Below are positions 41,637 to 49,513 of a stretch of 64,000 nucleotides of DNA, piece by piece (the first letter of the stretch is position 1; each line of letters begins with the position of its first letter). The notes under the pieces are model-generated. The model saw only the letters and a list, made by a program, of their open reading frames with translations. It made no database searches and was not told the origin of the DNA. Source of the stretch: Clostridiales bacterium (GTDB taxonomy: Bacteria; Bacillota; Clostridia; Saccharofermentanales; Saccharofermentanaceae); contig JAFWDK010000003.1 of assembly GCA_017513085.1 (NCBI GenBank), positions 48,573-112,572 on the forward strand. The letters are read 5' to 3'. The translations under genes were made by a program, and so were the position numbers.

Positions 41637-42631
41637 GTTTTTACACCTCCTGTCCGACGAAGCAGAATAATAAATACCGGGGCGCCGATAATCGCAGTAA
41701 GGATTGAGATCGGCAGTTCCGCAGCGGTTGCAGATCTCGCAACTGTATCAATAAGCAGAAGGTACGTCGCTCCCAGTCCGATGCTGGCCGGAATAACATA
41801 TTTATTATTGTTTCCGAACATCATACGGGAGATATGCGGGATCAAAATACCGATCCATCCGACCTTTCCGCACATGGCGATGACAGATCCGGTAATCATG
41901 GTAGAGGATACGATCGTAAGTCCCCTCATCAGTTTCAGGTTGATTCCCATTGCCCTTGCCTCATCATCGTTTAATGAAAGAACATTCAGTTTCCATCTAA
42001 GACAGAAGAGAATGATGATACCGATAAGCATCGGGATCGTTCCGATCCACAGTTTTTGGAAACTGGTTCCGGATAAACTGCCCATAAGCCAGTATGTGAT
42101 TTCCGGAAGTACATCCTGCGGATCCGCTACATACTTTATAAGAGAAACCAGAGCTTCAAAAAGTGAGCTGATCACCATACCGGATAGGATCAGCATGACA
42201 AGCGAAGACTCACCTTTCACACGGCTGATCATGTACACCAGCCATACGGATAAGAGACCCATAGCAAAAGCCGTTCCCTGAATTCCAAGAGATGGAAGCC
42301 GCAGCATAATTCCGAGCGTCGCCCCAAAAGAAGCGCCCGTGGCGACTCCTAAAGTATCAGGAGTCGCCAGGGGGTTGGAAAACATACTCTGAAAGGCTGC
42401 ACCGGCAACGGCCAGACCCGCGCCTGCGATAATCGCCAGGATCGATCTGGGAAGACGGATCTTATACAGTACCGTCTTCACATTCGGATCATCGACCTTC
42501 ATGCCCAGGAGGACTTTTACGCAGTCTTTGATGGGGATCGAGTACCGGCCCACACCTAACGCGATCAGAAAAGATGCGACAAGTGCAATAGTAATGCCGA
42601 TCACCCAGATTAATTCTGTTTTCTTTTTCAC
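41633..42631 (-). CDS. Iron-chelate ABC permease (FecCD/BtuC family)
   Basis: IRLPR, FSNPLATPDTLGV..GA, WLMGSL, GWIGILIPH, IIGAP. Confidence 0.9.
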   Translation of the reverse strand: MKKKTELIWVIGITIALVASFLIALGVGRYSIPIKDCVKVLLGMKVDDPNVKTVLYKIRLPRSILAIIAGAGLAVAGAAFQSMFSNPLATPDTLGVATGASFGATLGIMLRLPSLGIQGTAFAMGLLSVWLVYMISRVKGESSLVMLILSGMVISSLFEALVSLIKYVADPQDVLPEITYWLMGSLSGTSFQKLWIGTIPMLIGIIILFCLRWKLNVLSLNDDEARAMGINLKLMRGLTIVSSTMITGSVIAMCGKVGWIGILIPHISRMMFGNNNKYVIPASIGLGATYLLLIDTVARSATAAELPISILTAIIGAPVFIILLRRTGGVKT

Positions 42632-42652
42632 GTGTTCACCTTTGTCCCCGGA

Positions 42653-43909
42653 TCAGAGGCCTCTTGCCGCATCACGTGACGGAATGAACATCATATCCAG
42701 CTGCTCGTCAGAAAGATCATATCCGCACATTTCCTTATAGTATTCCTTTGCGATCTTACGGATATCCGTATCCTTGAAAAGATCCGGATAGATCACAGAA
42801 GCCATCCACTGCATAGTAACCGGAGAATCTCCACCCGGTGTATAGCTTCTATAAAGACCAAGAGGCATCTTATAGACACGCTTGTTCTTTACTGCATTGA
42901 TCGTGCTCCAATCATCTGTACCGATAGCATTGTTATAGAGATCTTCCGGCTGTGTGCCGCAGAAATTGGTGATAATGATAATATCCGGATTCCATTCATA
43001 TACCTGTTCCATCGATATCTTCAGGATAGAACCATCCGGCACTTCGCTGGCAACATTGTATGCATTTACGGACTCACACCACCACTGGCCGAAGAAGTTC
43101 ACACCGGAGGCCACCATCGCCGCATCTGTGTACTTGAAGAGAACCAGGACGCGTGCCTTCTGATCATCCGGAATGTCCTTTGTTTTTTCGATGATATCCG
43201 CATGGACAGCATCACTCTTCTCCATAGCCTTCTTTGCAAAATCCGAACCGCCGAAGATTTGGTCGAGAAGGTCGATCCAATGTTCATAGGTCTCGATAAT
43301 GTCATACTTCCAGGCAGAAGCAGATGTAGTAACTGCCGGGATGCCGGCTTCACGGATCGCTTTTGCCTGTTCCTGTCCGACACCAATGACAATATCCGGC
43401 TTAAGGATCAGGAGTTCCTCCAGATTTACCTCATCACCACTGATAAAAGCTGTATTTGCGTTTAAGATCTCCGGGTAGATCTGTCCAAGAAGGCCGTTTT
43501 CCGCAGCACTCATAGATACCGGATGGATACCCACGATCTTTTCCGCAGAACCAAGATACTCTGCAATAACAGATGCCAGCGGATAGAAAGACCCTACTGC
43601 AATTCGATTGATCGTATTAGGAACCTCAACGGTATCTCCGGCATGGTCGACAACAGTATGTGTGCCATTGGGATCACCAAACGGGTTCTCGGAATCTTTG
43701 CTTTCTCCTTTGACCTCTGTGCTGGTCTCGGAAGACTCCTCCGAAGAACTTTCGGAAACACTCTCCGACGTCTCCGCACTGGTCTCCTCGATCGTTTGCG
43801 TATCAGAAGTCGACGAAGCGCTCGTTTCCTCATCTTTCTTTGCACAGGCCGACAGGGCGCAAAGTGCAATAGCTACCGACATTAAGCCGGCAAGAAGTTT
43901 TTTCTTCAT
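42653..43909 (-). CDS. Iron-chelate/B12-type substrate-binding lipoprotein
   Basis: Lipobox LSAC, Ser/Glu/Thr linker, NLEELLILKPD, ISMEQVYEWNPD, AVKNKRVY. Confidence 0.88.
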   Translation of the reverse strand: MKKKLLAGLMSVAIALCALSACAKKDEETSASSTSDTQTIEETSAETSESVSESSSEESSETSTEVKGESKDSENPFGDPNGTHTVVDHAGDTVEVPNTINRIAVGSFYPLASVIAEYLGSAEKIVGIHPVSMSAAENGLLGQIYPEILNANTAFISGDEVNLEELLILKPDIVIGVGQEQAKAIREAGIPAVTTSASAWKYDIIETYEHWIDLLDQIFGGSDFAKKAMEKSDAVHADIIEKTKDIPDDQKARVLVLFKYTDAAMVASGVNFFGQWWCESVNAYNVASEVPDGSILKISMEQVYEWNPDIIIITNFCGTQPEDLYNNAIGTDDWSTINAVKNKRVYKMPLGLYRSYTPGGDSPVTMQWMASVIYPDLFKDTDIRKIAKEYYKEMCGYDLSDEQLDMMFIPSRDAARGL

Positions 43910-43985
43910 AATAATCCTCTTTCTACTTACTTTAGTAAGAACTATGTATATTTTTAAGCCGGTCGTTTAAAAGCGCCGAACGGGC

Positions 43986-45125
43986 TTACAGATCATGTTC
44001 AAGCCATTTATTTTCATCCAGGTAATTCCAGTAACTGTTTTTCCCTACACGGCTTGAGACGGAGTACTGCGGAAAAGGTATCTGATCTTTTACCCCTCCC
44101 GAAAACTCTATAAATAACGGGTCCGCGATCAGAAGATCCTTCTGATCCTTCACTACGGAAAGGATCGTATCTTCATCACTTAGATAAGTGGATACATCAT
44201 CTTCATGTTCGATCGTATATAGCTTGCAGTCTATATTCTCTGACCGCAGGAAGTTTCGTATCGAGTCCCCGATCACCGAGTCAGCAATAATGACTCCGGA
44301 TCGTCGGGAAGTCTTAGGACTAAGCACCTTAAACACAGCGGTCTTCCCTTCGCGGACCAGTTCAAGATACGAACTCATCTGTTTCTGTCCTATCGGGAAA
44401 TTCACGATATAAGGTGTCTGATACTTTTTTTCCATAGCTTTGGCGATCGCAAGTCCCGCCTGGTTCCAAACCAGGTTCAAAGTGACTTTCTCCGGATACT
44501 GGTAAAACAAAAGAGAGCCGTACATGCCCTGTTCCTGCATCAGACAGATACCATTCTCCGTAAGTCTGCCGCAAAGGCTGTCATACACTTCCTGATGCAT
44601 ATCCAGCGGGGAGATGCCCGGAATAGCTACTGTTCCTCCATCTTTCCAGGGTTCGCGCTTCTCCGGGTTTTTCTCGTAATAGTCTGTGAGTGCAAAGTAA
44701 GCCATAAGAATACCGTCATAGTAAGAACCTTTAATTCCCGCGGTCGGAAATCCGAAACAAGGGATACCGGTTCTATTCTCGACCGCTCTGGCGACTCCGT
44801 TAAAATCAAAACCGATGACATTCGGCACCGGACTTCCGACAATAGCTATAAACTTCGGATGTCGTTCCAAAGCATTCTTTGTGATCTTACCGATCAGTTT
44901 CTCATCGTCACCGAGGATAGCATCCACCTTTCGAAGGCTTGTGCAATACACCATAGAATGACTGCCGTACCATCTCGGCTCATCGAAATGGGTATAATTT
45001 CCCGTGCAGCCTGCCGCATCATGAATGCAGATCATACCGCCGAGATCAAAAAGCGCGGAGCATACCCCTGAATAATCTCCTGCAAAAGGAGGAAGATACA
45101 TACAAACTTTATGTTTTTTATTCAT
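43986..45125 (-). CDS. Nitrogenase component-1-like protein (second subunit, NifK/N-like)
   Basis: PPFAGDYSG, HDAAGC, DAILG, VGSPVP.VIG.D oxidoreductase-nitrogenase pattern; 379 aa. Confidence 0.78.
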   Translation of the reverse strand: MNKKHKVCMYLPPFAGDYSGVCSALFDLGGMICIHDAAGCTGNYTHFDEPRWYGSHSMVYCTSLRKVDAILGDDEKLIGKITKNALERHPKFIAIVGSPVPNVIGFDFNGVARAVENRTGIPCFGFPTAGIKGSYYDGILMAYFALTDYYEKNPEKREPWKDGGTVAIPGISPLDMHQEVYDSLCGRLTENGICLMQEQGMYGSLLFYQYPEKVTLNLVWNQAGLAIAKAMEKKYQTPYIVNFPIGQKQMSSYLELVREGKTAVFKVLSPKTSRRSGVIIADSVIGDSIRNFLRSENIDCKLYTIEHEDDVSTYLSDEDTILSVVKDQKDLLIADPLFIEFSGGVKDQIPFPQYSVSSRVGKNSYWNYLDENKWLEHDL

Positions 45126-46372
45126 CAGACGATTCCTCCGTATTCATCGATCAGTTTTCGGATATCCGCTTTTTCTTTCATCGCGAACCGCATAGTATCC
45201 ATAAGGATCCTTATTCCCTGATATCCGAGCATTCCTTCATCAGAAGAGATATCTGCAACATATCGCGCATTGCTTAAGTAGGCAGCTTCTTCGCCTACTG
45301 CCAAAGCTATTGTTTCCGTTTCCGAACGGAAAACCGAATCCGGATGATCCCCCTGAATGATCTCGACCTGCGGATACTCGTTAAGGAGGATATCGGCATA
45401 CTTCTGATCGGGTCCCACCACTTCAGAAAGATAGACACGCGTTACACGGAAACCGTATTCCAGAAGTGCTACGGCCAGAGATAGGGGAAATACGGTTGCA
45501 CTGTCAGAAACAAAGACCGGCACATCCGCAACTTCTTCTCTGGCATAATAGATCGCCTGTTCACATAAGGAACGGTCGTCTTTAATCTTTTCAGAAAGAT
45601 CTTCTCCCAAAAAGTCAGACAGATCCTGATACTCTTTAGTGACAGTATCAATATCATAGGATATCGGCATTTCCACGTGTGTAGCGCCGGTTCTTTTCTC
45701 CAGACGTCTCAGCGCATATCTCACAAATGGTTTTATCACTATAGATCTTCCGGAGCGGGACATCTCCTCATACTCTGAAAAAGTACTGCACGAGGAAATC
45801 TGGCGGACCATATGGCCATTTTGATTCAGGACCCGGATCAGCTCGTTATCTTCCGGGATCCCGACGAAGTTTCCCCAGAGCGTTACACCATCATCCGTCT
45901 TCTCCCAATCGGGTAGCACACTTAACATCGCATCAAACGTCGTGACTGCCGGTGGCATCTTGGTGGAAGATGCAATTGGATTCATATGTCCGGCACGGAA
46001 AAGGATATCCGGATATCTTTTCCCGAGGATCGCGGTCACTTTCTCCATATCCGTACCGATAAAATCATCCAGGCAGGAAACATAAATAAAGAGAAGACGG
46101 ATGTCCTTTTCCGTTCTTTCCAGAAGCTCATCCACGCCATCCAGGATCTCCTGATCGTATCCCTCCACGATGTCGCTCTGGTCAATATAAAGATAAGAAA
46201 TACGGTCTTTATAGTGATGCTGGATCGCGCCGAGCGCCCCATGCCGGAAGCACGCTGACGGGCAGACAAACAAAAGATAAGATCCGGGGATAAGTGCAGC
46301 GACACGGATGATTCCCCATCCGTCATGCGCAGGATTGCAGTAACAAAGGTTCGGTTCAAATCGCATGTTCAT
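45125..46372 (-). CDS. Nitrogenase component-1-like protein (first subunit, NifD/E-like)
   Basis: PAHDGWG, VCPSACFRH, DIVEG, VSCLDDFIGTD, GYQG; TGATG coupling at both ends. Confidence 0.78.
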   Translation of the reverse strand: MNMRFEPNLCYCNPAHDGWGIIRVAALIPGSYLLFVCPSACFRHGALGAIQHHYKDRISYLYIDQSDIVEGYDQEILDGVDELLERTEKDIRLLFIYVSCLDDFIGTDMEKVTAILGKRYPDILFRAGHMNPIASSTKMPPAVTTFDAMLSVLPDWEKTDDGVTLWGNFVGIPEDNELIRVLNQNGHMVRQISSCSTFSEYEEMSRSGRSIVIKPFVRYALRRLEKRTGATHVEMPISYDIDTVTKEYQDLSDFLGEDLSEKIKDDRSLCEQAIYYAREEVADVPVFVSDSATVFPLSLAVALLEYGFRVTRVYLSEVVGPDQKYADILLNEYPQVEIIQGDHPDSVFRSETETIALAVGEEAAYLSNARYVADISSDEGMLGYQGIRILMDTMRFAMKEKADIRKLIDEYGGIV

Positions 46373-47184
46373 CACCTCCGAAGCAGATAAATCAATTCTT
46401 CGGTATACGGATCTTTTTGTATGGACGTATCATCGCCATGGCAGAGACTGATTATTCTATCTGCCAATTTTTCATAATCCTTAGCGATCGACGATCGGGG
46501 AAACTTCTCGATAACAGTCTTTCCCTCCTGTTCCGCCGCCTGCACCATCTTACTTCTATGGATATGTGAAATAACCGGAAGGTCGTGTTCTCTGGCAAAG
46601 CGGGTAACAAGATCCTTTTCATTCTCAACAAGCCGCTCATTTAAAATCAGGCCACGTACACGGGCGTATCCGCGCTCTTTGAAATTGTCTACGGCACGGG
46701 AAATATTATCTGCGGCAAAAAGAGCCATCATCTCACCGGAAGTAACGATAAAGACATGTTCCGCATATCCGTCACGGATCGGCATGGCAAAACCGCCACA
46801 GACTACATCGCCGAGAACATCATATAGAACGATATCCGGGGCGTATTTTTCAAAAGCACCGAGCTCTTCCAGTTTCTGGAGAGCCGATATGATACCAAGA
46901 CCAGCACATCCGATACCGGGCGTCGGTCCACCCGATTCTACACAGAGGACACCGTTATATCCATCGTGAACGAGATCAGAAAGCTCGACGTCTTCACCCT
47001 TCTCCTTGATCATTCCGAGGACCGTGCTGATCTTCTCGCCCCCCATCAGGTTTTTAGTAGAGTCCGCTTTCGGATCGCAACCGATCTGCATGACTTTATA
47101 ACTGCGTGAAAGAGCGGCTGCAAGATTCGACGTTGTGGTTGATTTGCCTATTCCGCCTTTACCATAAATAGCTATCTTTAACAA
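46372..47184 (-). CDS. NifH-like Fe protein (nitrogenase-like reductase component)
   Basis: [50 protein letters not shown]; TTG start. Confidence 0.93.
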   Translation of the reverse strand: MLKIAIYGKGGIGKSTTTSNLAAALSRSYKVMQIGCDPKADSTKNLMGGEKISTVLGMIKEKGEDVELSDLVHDGYNGVLCVESGGPTPGIGCAGLGIISALQKLEELGAFEKYAPDIVLYDVLGDVVCGGFAMPIRDGYAEHVFIVTSGEMMALFAADNISRAVDNFKERGYARVRGLILNERLVENEKDLVTRFAREHDLPVISHIHRSKMVQAAEQEGKTVIEKFPRSSIAKDYEKLADRIISLCHGDDTSIQKDPYTEELIYLLRR

Positions 47185-47238
47185 TTTTCTACCCCTGTAT
47201 TGCCTTTTCTATAAAATTGAATATAATAATCTCAATCG

Positions 47239-47254
47239 GTTAGCCACTGCTAAC
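47239..47254. promoter_or_regulatory. Box GTTAGCCACTGCTAAC between nifH-like operon and Crp/Fnr gene
   Basis: Exact match; minus-strand -10 TATACT at 47266-47261, plus-strand TATAAT at 47222-47227. Confidence 0.85.
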
Positions 47255-47288
47255 TGTGACAGTATACTAAAAAGGAGTTTCAAAAAAA

Positions 47289-47302
47289 GTTGCCTGTGCA
47301 AC
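47289..47302. promoter_or_regulatory. Candidate Crp/Fnr-family site GTTGC-N4-GCAAC
   Basis: 5-4-5 palindrome centred at -41.5 from the predicted nifH-like +1. Confidence 0.55.
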
Positions 47303-47313
47303 ATCTCAAAAAA

Positions 47314-47979
47314 ATGTTAAAAAACGAAATACACGCATTACAATCAGATCTATTTCGAGGATTCAACCCGGACGAAATCGATAGCATCCTGTCTCGGACC
47401 TGCTCATGCAGGAGAAAATTTACGAAGAATGTCGATATTTTTTCTCCCGGGGAGGTCATATGCCACACCGGCATGATCCTGTCCGGGAATATCGATGTTC
47501 AGTTTTCCGGATTTTCCGGCAAAGAGGAACTAGTCGTCCGGGAATCCCCCGGTGAACTGATCGGTCAGGCGTTTTCTCTCACAAAAACAGAAAACTCTTT
47601 TATACACTTCCGTTCTGTCGGAGATACTGAGATCCTCTTCATGAATCTTGATCTGCTCTTCTCTAAACCCGAGATCGATCCGGTCCTCGGGAAGCTCTCT
47701 GTCAATCTCATGAGGATCCTGGCCAGCACGAATATTCAGCTTAATAAGAAGATCTGCCTGCTTACGCAAAAATCACTCCGCGATAAACTTCTCCTCTTTT
47801 TTGAAGAAGGCGCTACAGAGGGGCCGGAAGGAAAAACCTGCCGTTTAACTCTGACTCGGGAGGAACTGGCTTCCTATATCAGTGCGGAAAGATCTTCTGT
47901 CTGCCGGGAACTCGGACGGATGCAGGACGATGGCTGTATCCGCTTAGTAGGTAAAAAAGTGATCCTTGCCACCGGCTAA
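47314..47979 (+). CDS. Crp/Fnr-family transcriptional regulator
   Basis: cNMP-like domain (ILSG..PGELIG) and HTH LTREELASYISAERSSVCREL; start 47290 (TTG) or 47314. Confidence 0.88.
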   Translation: MLKNEIHALQSDLFRGFNPDEIDSILSRTCSCRRKFTKNVDIFSPGEVICHTGMILSGNIDVQFSGFSGKEELVVRESPGELIGQAFSLTKTENSFIHFRSVGDTEILFMNLDLLFSKPEIDPVLGKLSVNLMRILASTNIQLNKKICLLTQKSLRDKLLLFFEEGATEGPEGKTCRLTLTREELASYISAERSSVCRELGRMQDDGCIRLVGKKVILATG

Positions 47980-48017
47980 GGATCACTTCTTTCTTCTTTT
48001 CTTTTTATTGCTTTTCT

Positions 48018-48818
48018 TTACTTTTTCCCTATCAGGATCTTCGATCCGGAAAGTCCCATCCACATCGCTTCAAAAGGCGTCATGAACTTGCCCTTGGTGG
48101 TATCTATCAGTTCTACTTTCTCGTATCCCATGGATCGGAGTTTGGCAGCAAAGGCTTCCATTTCCCCGTACTTTGCTTTTGACATGATATCGTGGATGAC
48201 AAATGTTCCGCCTTTTTTCAGAGTGCGAAGTGATTCAAGGAGGATCTTCTGGCGGTCGGACGAAGGAATATTATGGTACACATAATTACTGGTTACCGCG
48301 TCAAAACTTTCATCATCGAAATCCAGTTTCACCGCATCTCCTTTTCTAAACTCCGTATTCTCACTAACACCTTCTGCGATAGCATTCTTCTTACAAAGCA
48401 GAAGATTGAAAGAAGCATATTCCTTTCCCCAACGGTCGACGCCGACCATCGCAGCTTTTGGATTTCTTTTCGCACAGGCGATCGTTAAAGCGCCGCTTCC
48501 ACATCCTACATCAAGACCGACTCCTCCATCCGGGATGTTAACATACCGGGCCAATCCTTCAATGATCTGTCTGGACATCTGCCGTTTCCCGTCATAGGAG
48601 AATGCACGGTACATCATAAACATCCATAGCGTTACAAAAACAAACAGAATCGTTAAGGCAGAAAAAACTATGGTCAGTCCTGTTTTCAATCCACCACTCG
48701 GTAGTAAAGGTGACAATCCAAAAACAATGAGTAGAACAAGGGAAACTCCTGCCCCGATTCCAAATCCTGCAACCATTCCTTTTGGCATCCAGTTTTTATA
48801 GTCCGCTTTCATACTCAT
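48018..48818 (-). CDS. Membrane-anchored class I SAM methyltransferase
   Basis: Two TM helices then LDVGCGSG, FDDESFDAV.SNYVYH. Confidence 0.85.
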   Translation of the reverse strand: MSMKADYKNWMPKGMVAGFGIGAGVSLVLLIVFGLSPLLPSGGLKTGLTIVFSALTILFVFVTLWMFMMYRAFSYDGKRQMSRQIIEGLARYVNIPDGGVGLDVGCGSGALTIACAKRNPKAAMVGVDRWGKEYASFNLLLCKKNAIAEGVSENTEFRKGDAVKLDFDDESFDAVTSNYVYHNIPSSDRQKILLESLRTLKKGGTFVIHDIMSKAKYGEMEAFAAKLRSMGYEKVELIDTTKGKFMTPFEAMWMGLSGSKILIGKK

Positions 48819-49444
48819 ACCCCTTTCCTGGCCAGAACAGATATCCACGGCTTATTCTCGTGATGATTGACTTGCACATCGGTAAAACCGGCATTTTTCA
48901 ATGCCTCATCGATCTCATATGCTGTGTAACACCTCATCCCTTCGATGATCTTCTGGAATTTCAAACTGGTCTCATCTGTACCATCCGATTCATTGACGAT
49001 CAGAAATGCCCCTCCGGGCTTTAATACTTTAAACACCTCTGAAAAGCATCTTTCCAGACCCGGCCAGAAATAAATCGTCTCAAAGGCTGTTGCCAGATCA
49101 AATTTCCCGGAAGGAATACGAAGCTGACTGACATCTCCTTGTTTTACCAGCATTCTCCCTTCTTCGATCCATTTGCGGTTGTATACGGAAGCTTTTTCCA
49201 CCGATACGGAAGAATAATCGATGGCGATCACATGCGAGTTCTGATACCTTTTTGCGAGTTCTCCTGCATTTCTTCCACCGCCACATCCGATATCAACAAT
49301 ATCTCCCGGGGTAAGCCTGGGGAGAAAGGACATGCCCCAGTCTGCCATCTTGGCATGTCCTCCGTTCATCCCGTTCACCATCAGCTTTCCTAAGACACCT
49401 TCCGGCTTTCGCGTCTGGTTTACAAACTTCTTATAAAGTCCCAT
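48815..49444 (-). CDS. Class I SAM methyltransferase
   Basis: RKPEG..G..MN, VDIGCGGG, FDLATAFETIYFW. Confidence 0.87.
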   Translation of the reverse strand: MGLYKKFVNQTRKPEGVLGKLMVNGMNGGHAKMADWGMSFLPRLTPGDIVDIGCGGGRNAGELAKRYQNSHVIAIDYSSVSVEKASVYNRKWIEEGRMLVKQGDVSQLRIPSGKFDLATAFETIYFWPGLERCFSEVFKVLKPGGAFLIVNESDGTDETSLKFQKIIEGMRCYTAYEIDEALKNAGFTDVQVNHHENKPWISVLARKGV

Positions 49445-49493
49445 AGTTATTCAATGCTCCTTTTTTCATCTGCAGAGCATTGTATCACATTTG

Positions 49494-49509
49494 GTTAGCG
49501 TATGCTAAC
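49494..49509. promoter_or_regulatory. Box GTTAGCGTATGCTAAC upstream of methyltransferase pair
   Basis: Exact match. Confidence 0.85.
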
Positions 49510-49513
49510 TATT

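Noticed and set aside
43986-47184. Genuine nitrogen fixation (nifHDK)
   Set aside because: Subunits are short with non-canonical Cys ligands, no nifB/E/N or PII genes are in the window, and the context is metal uptake
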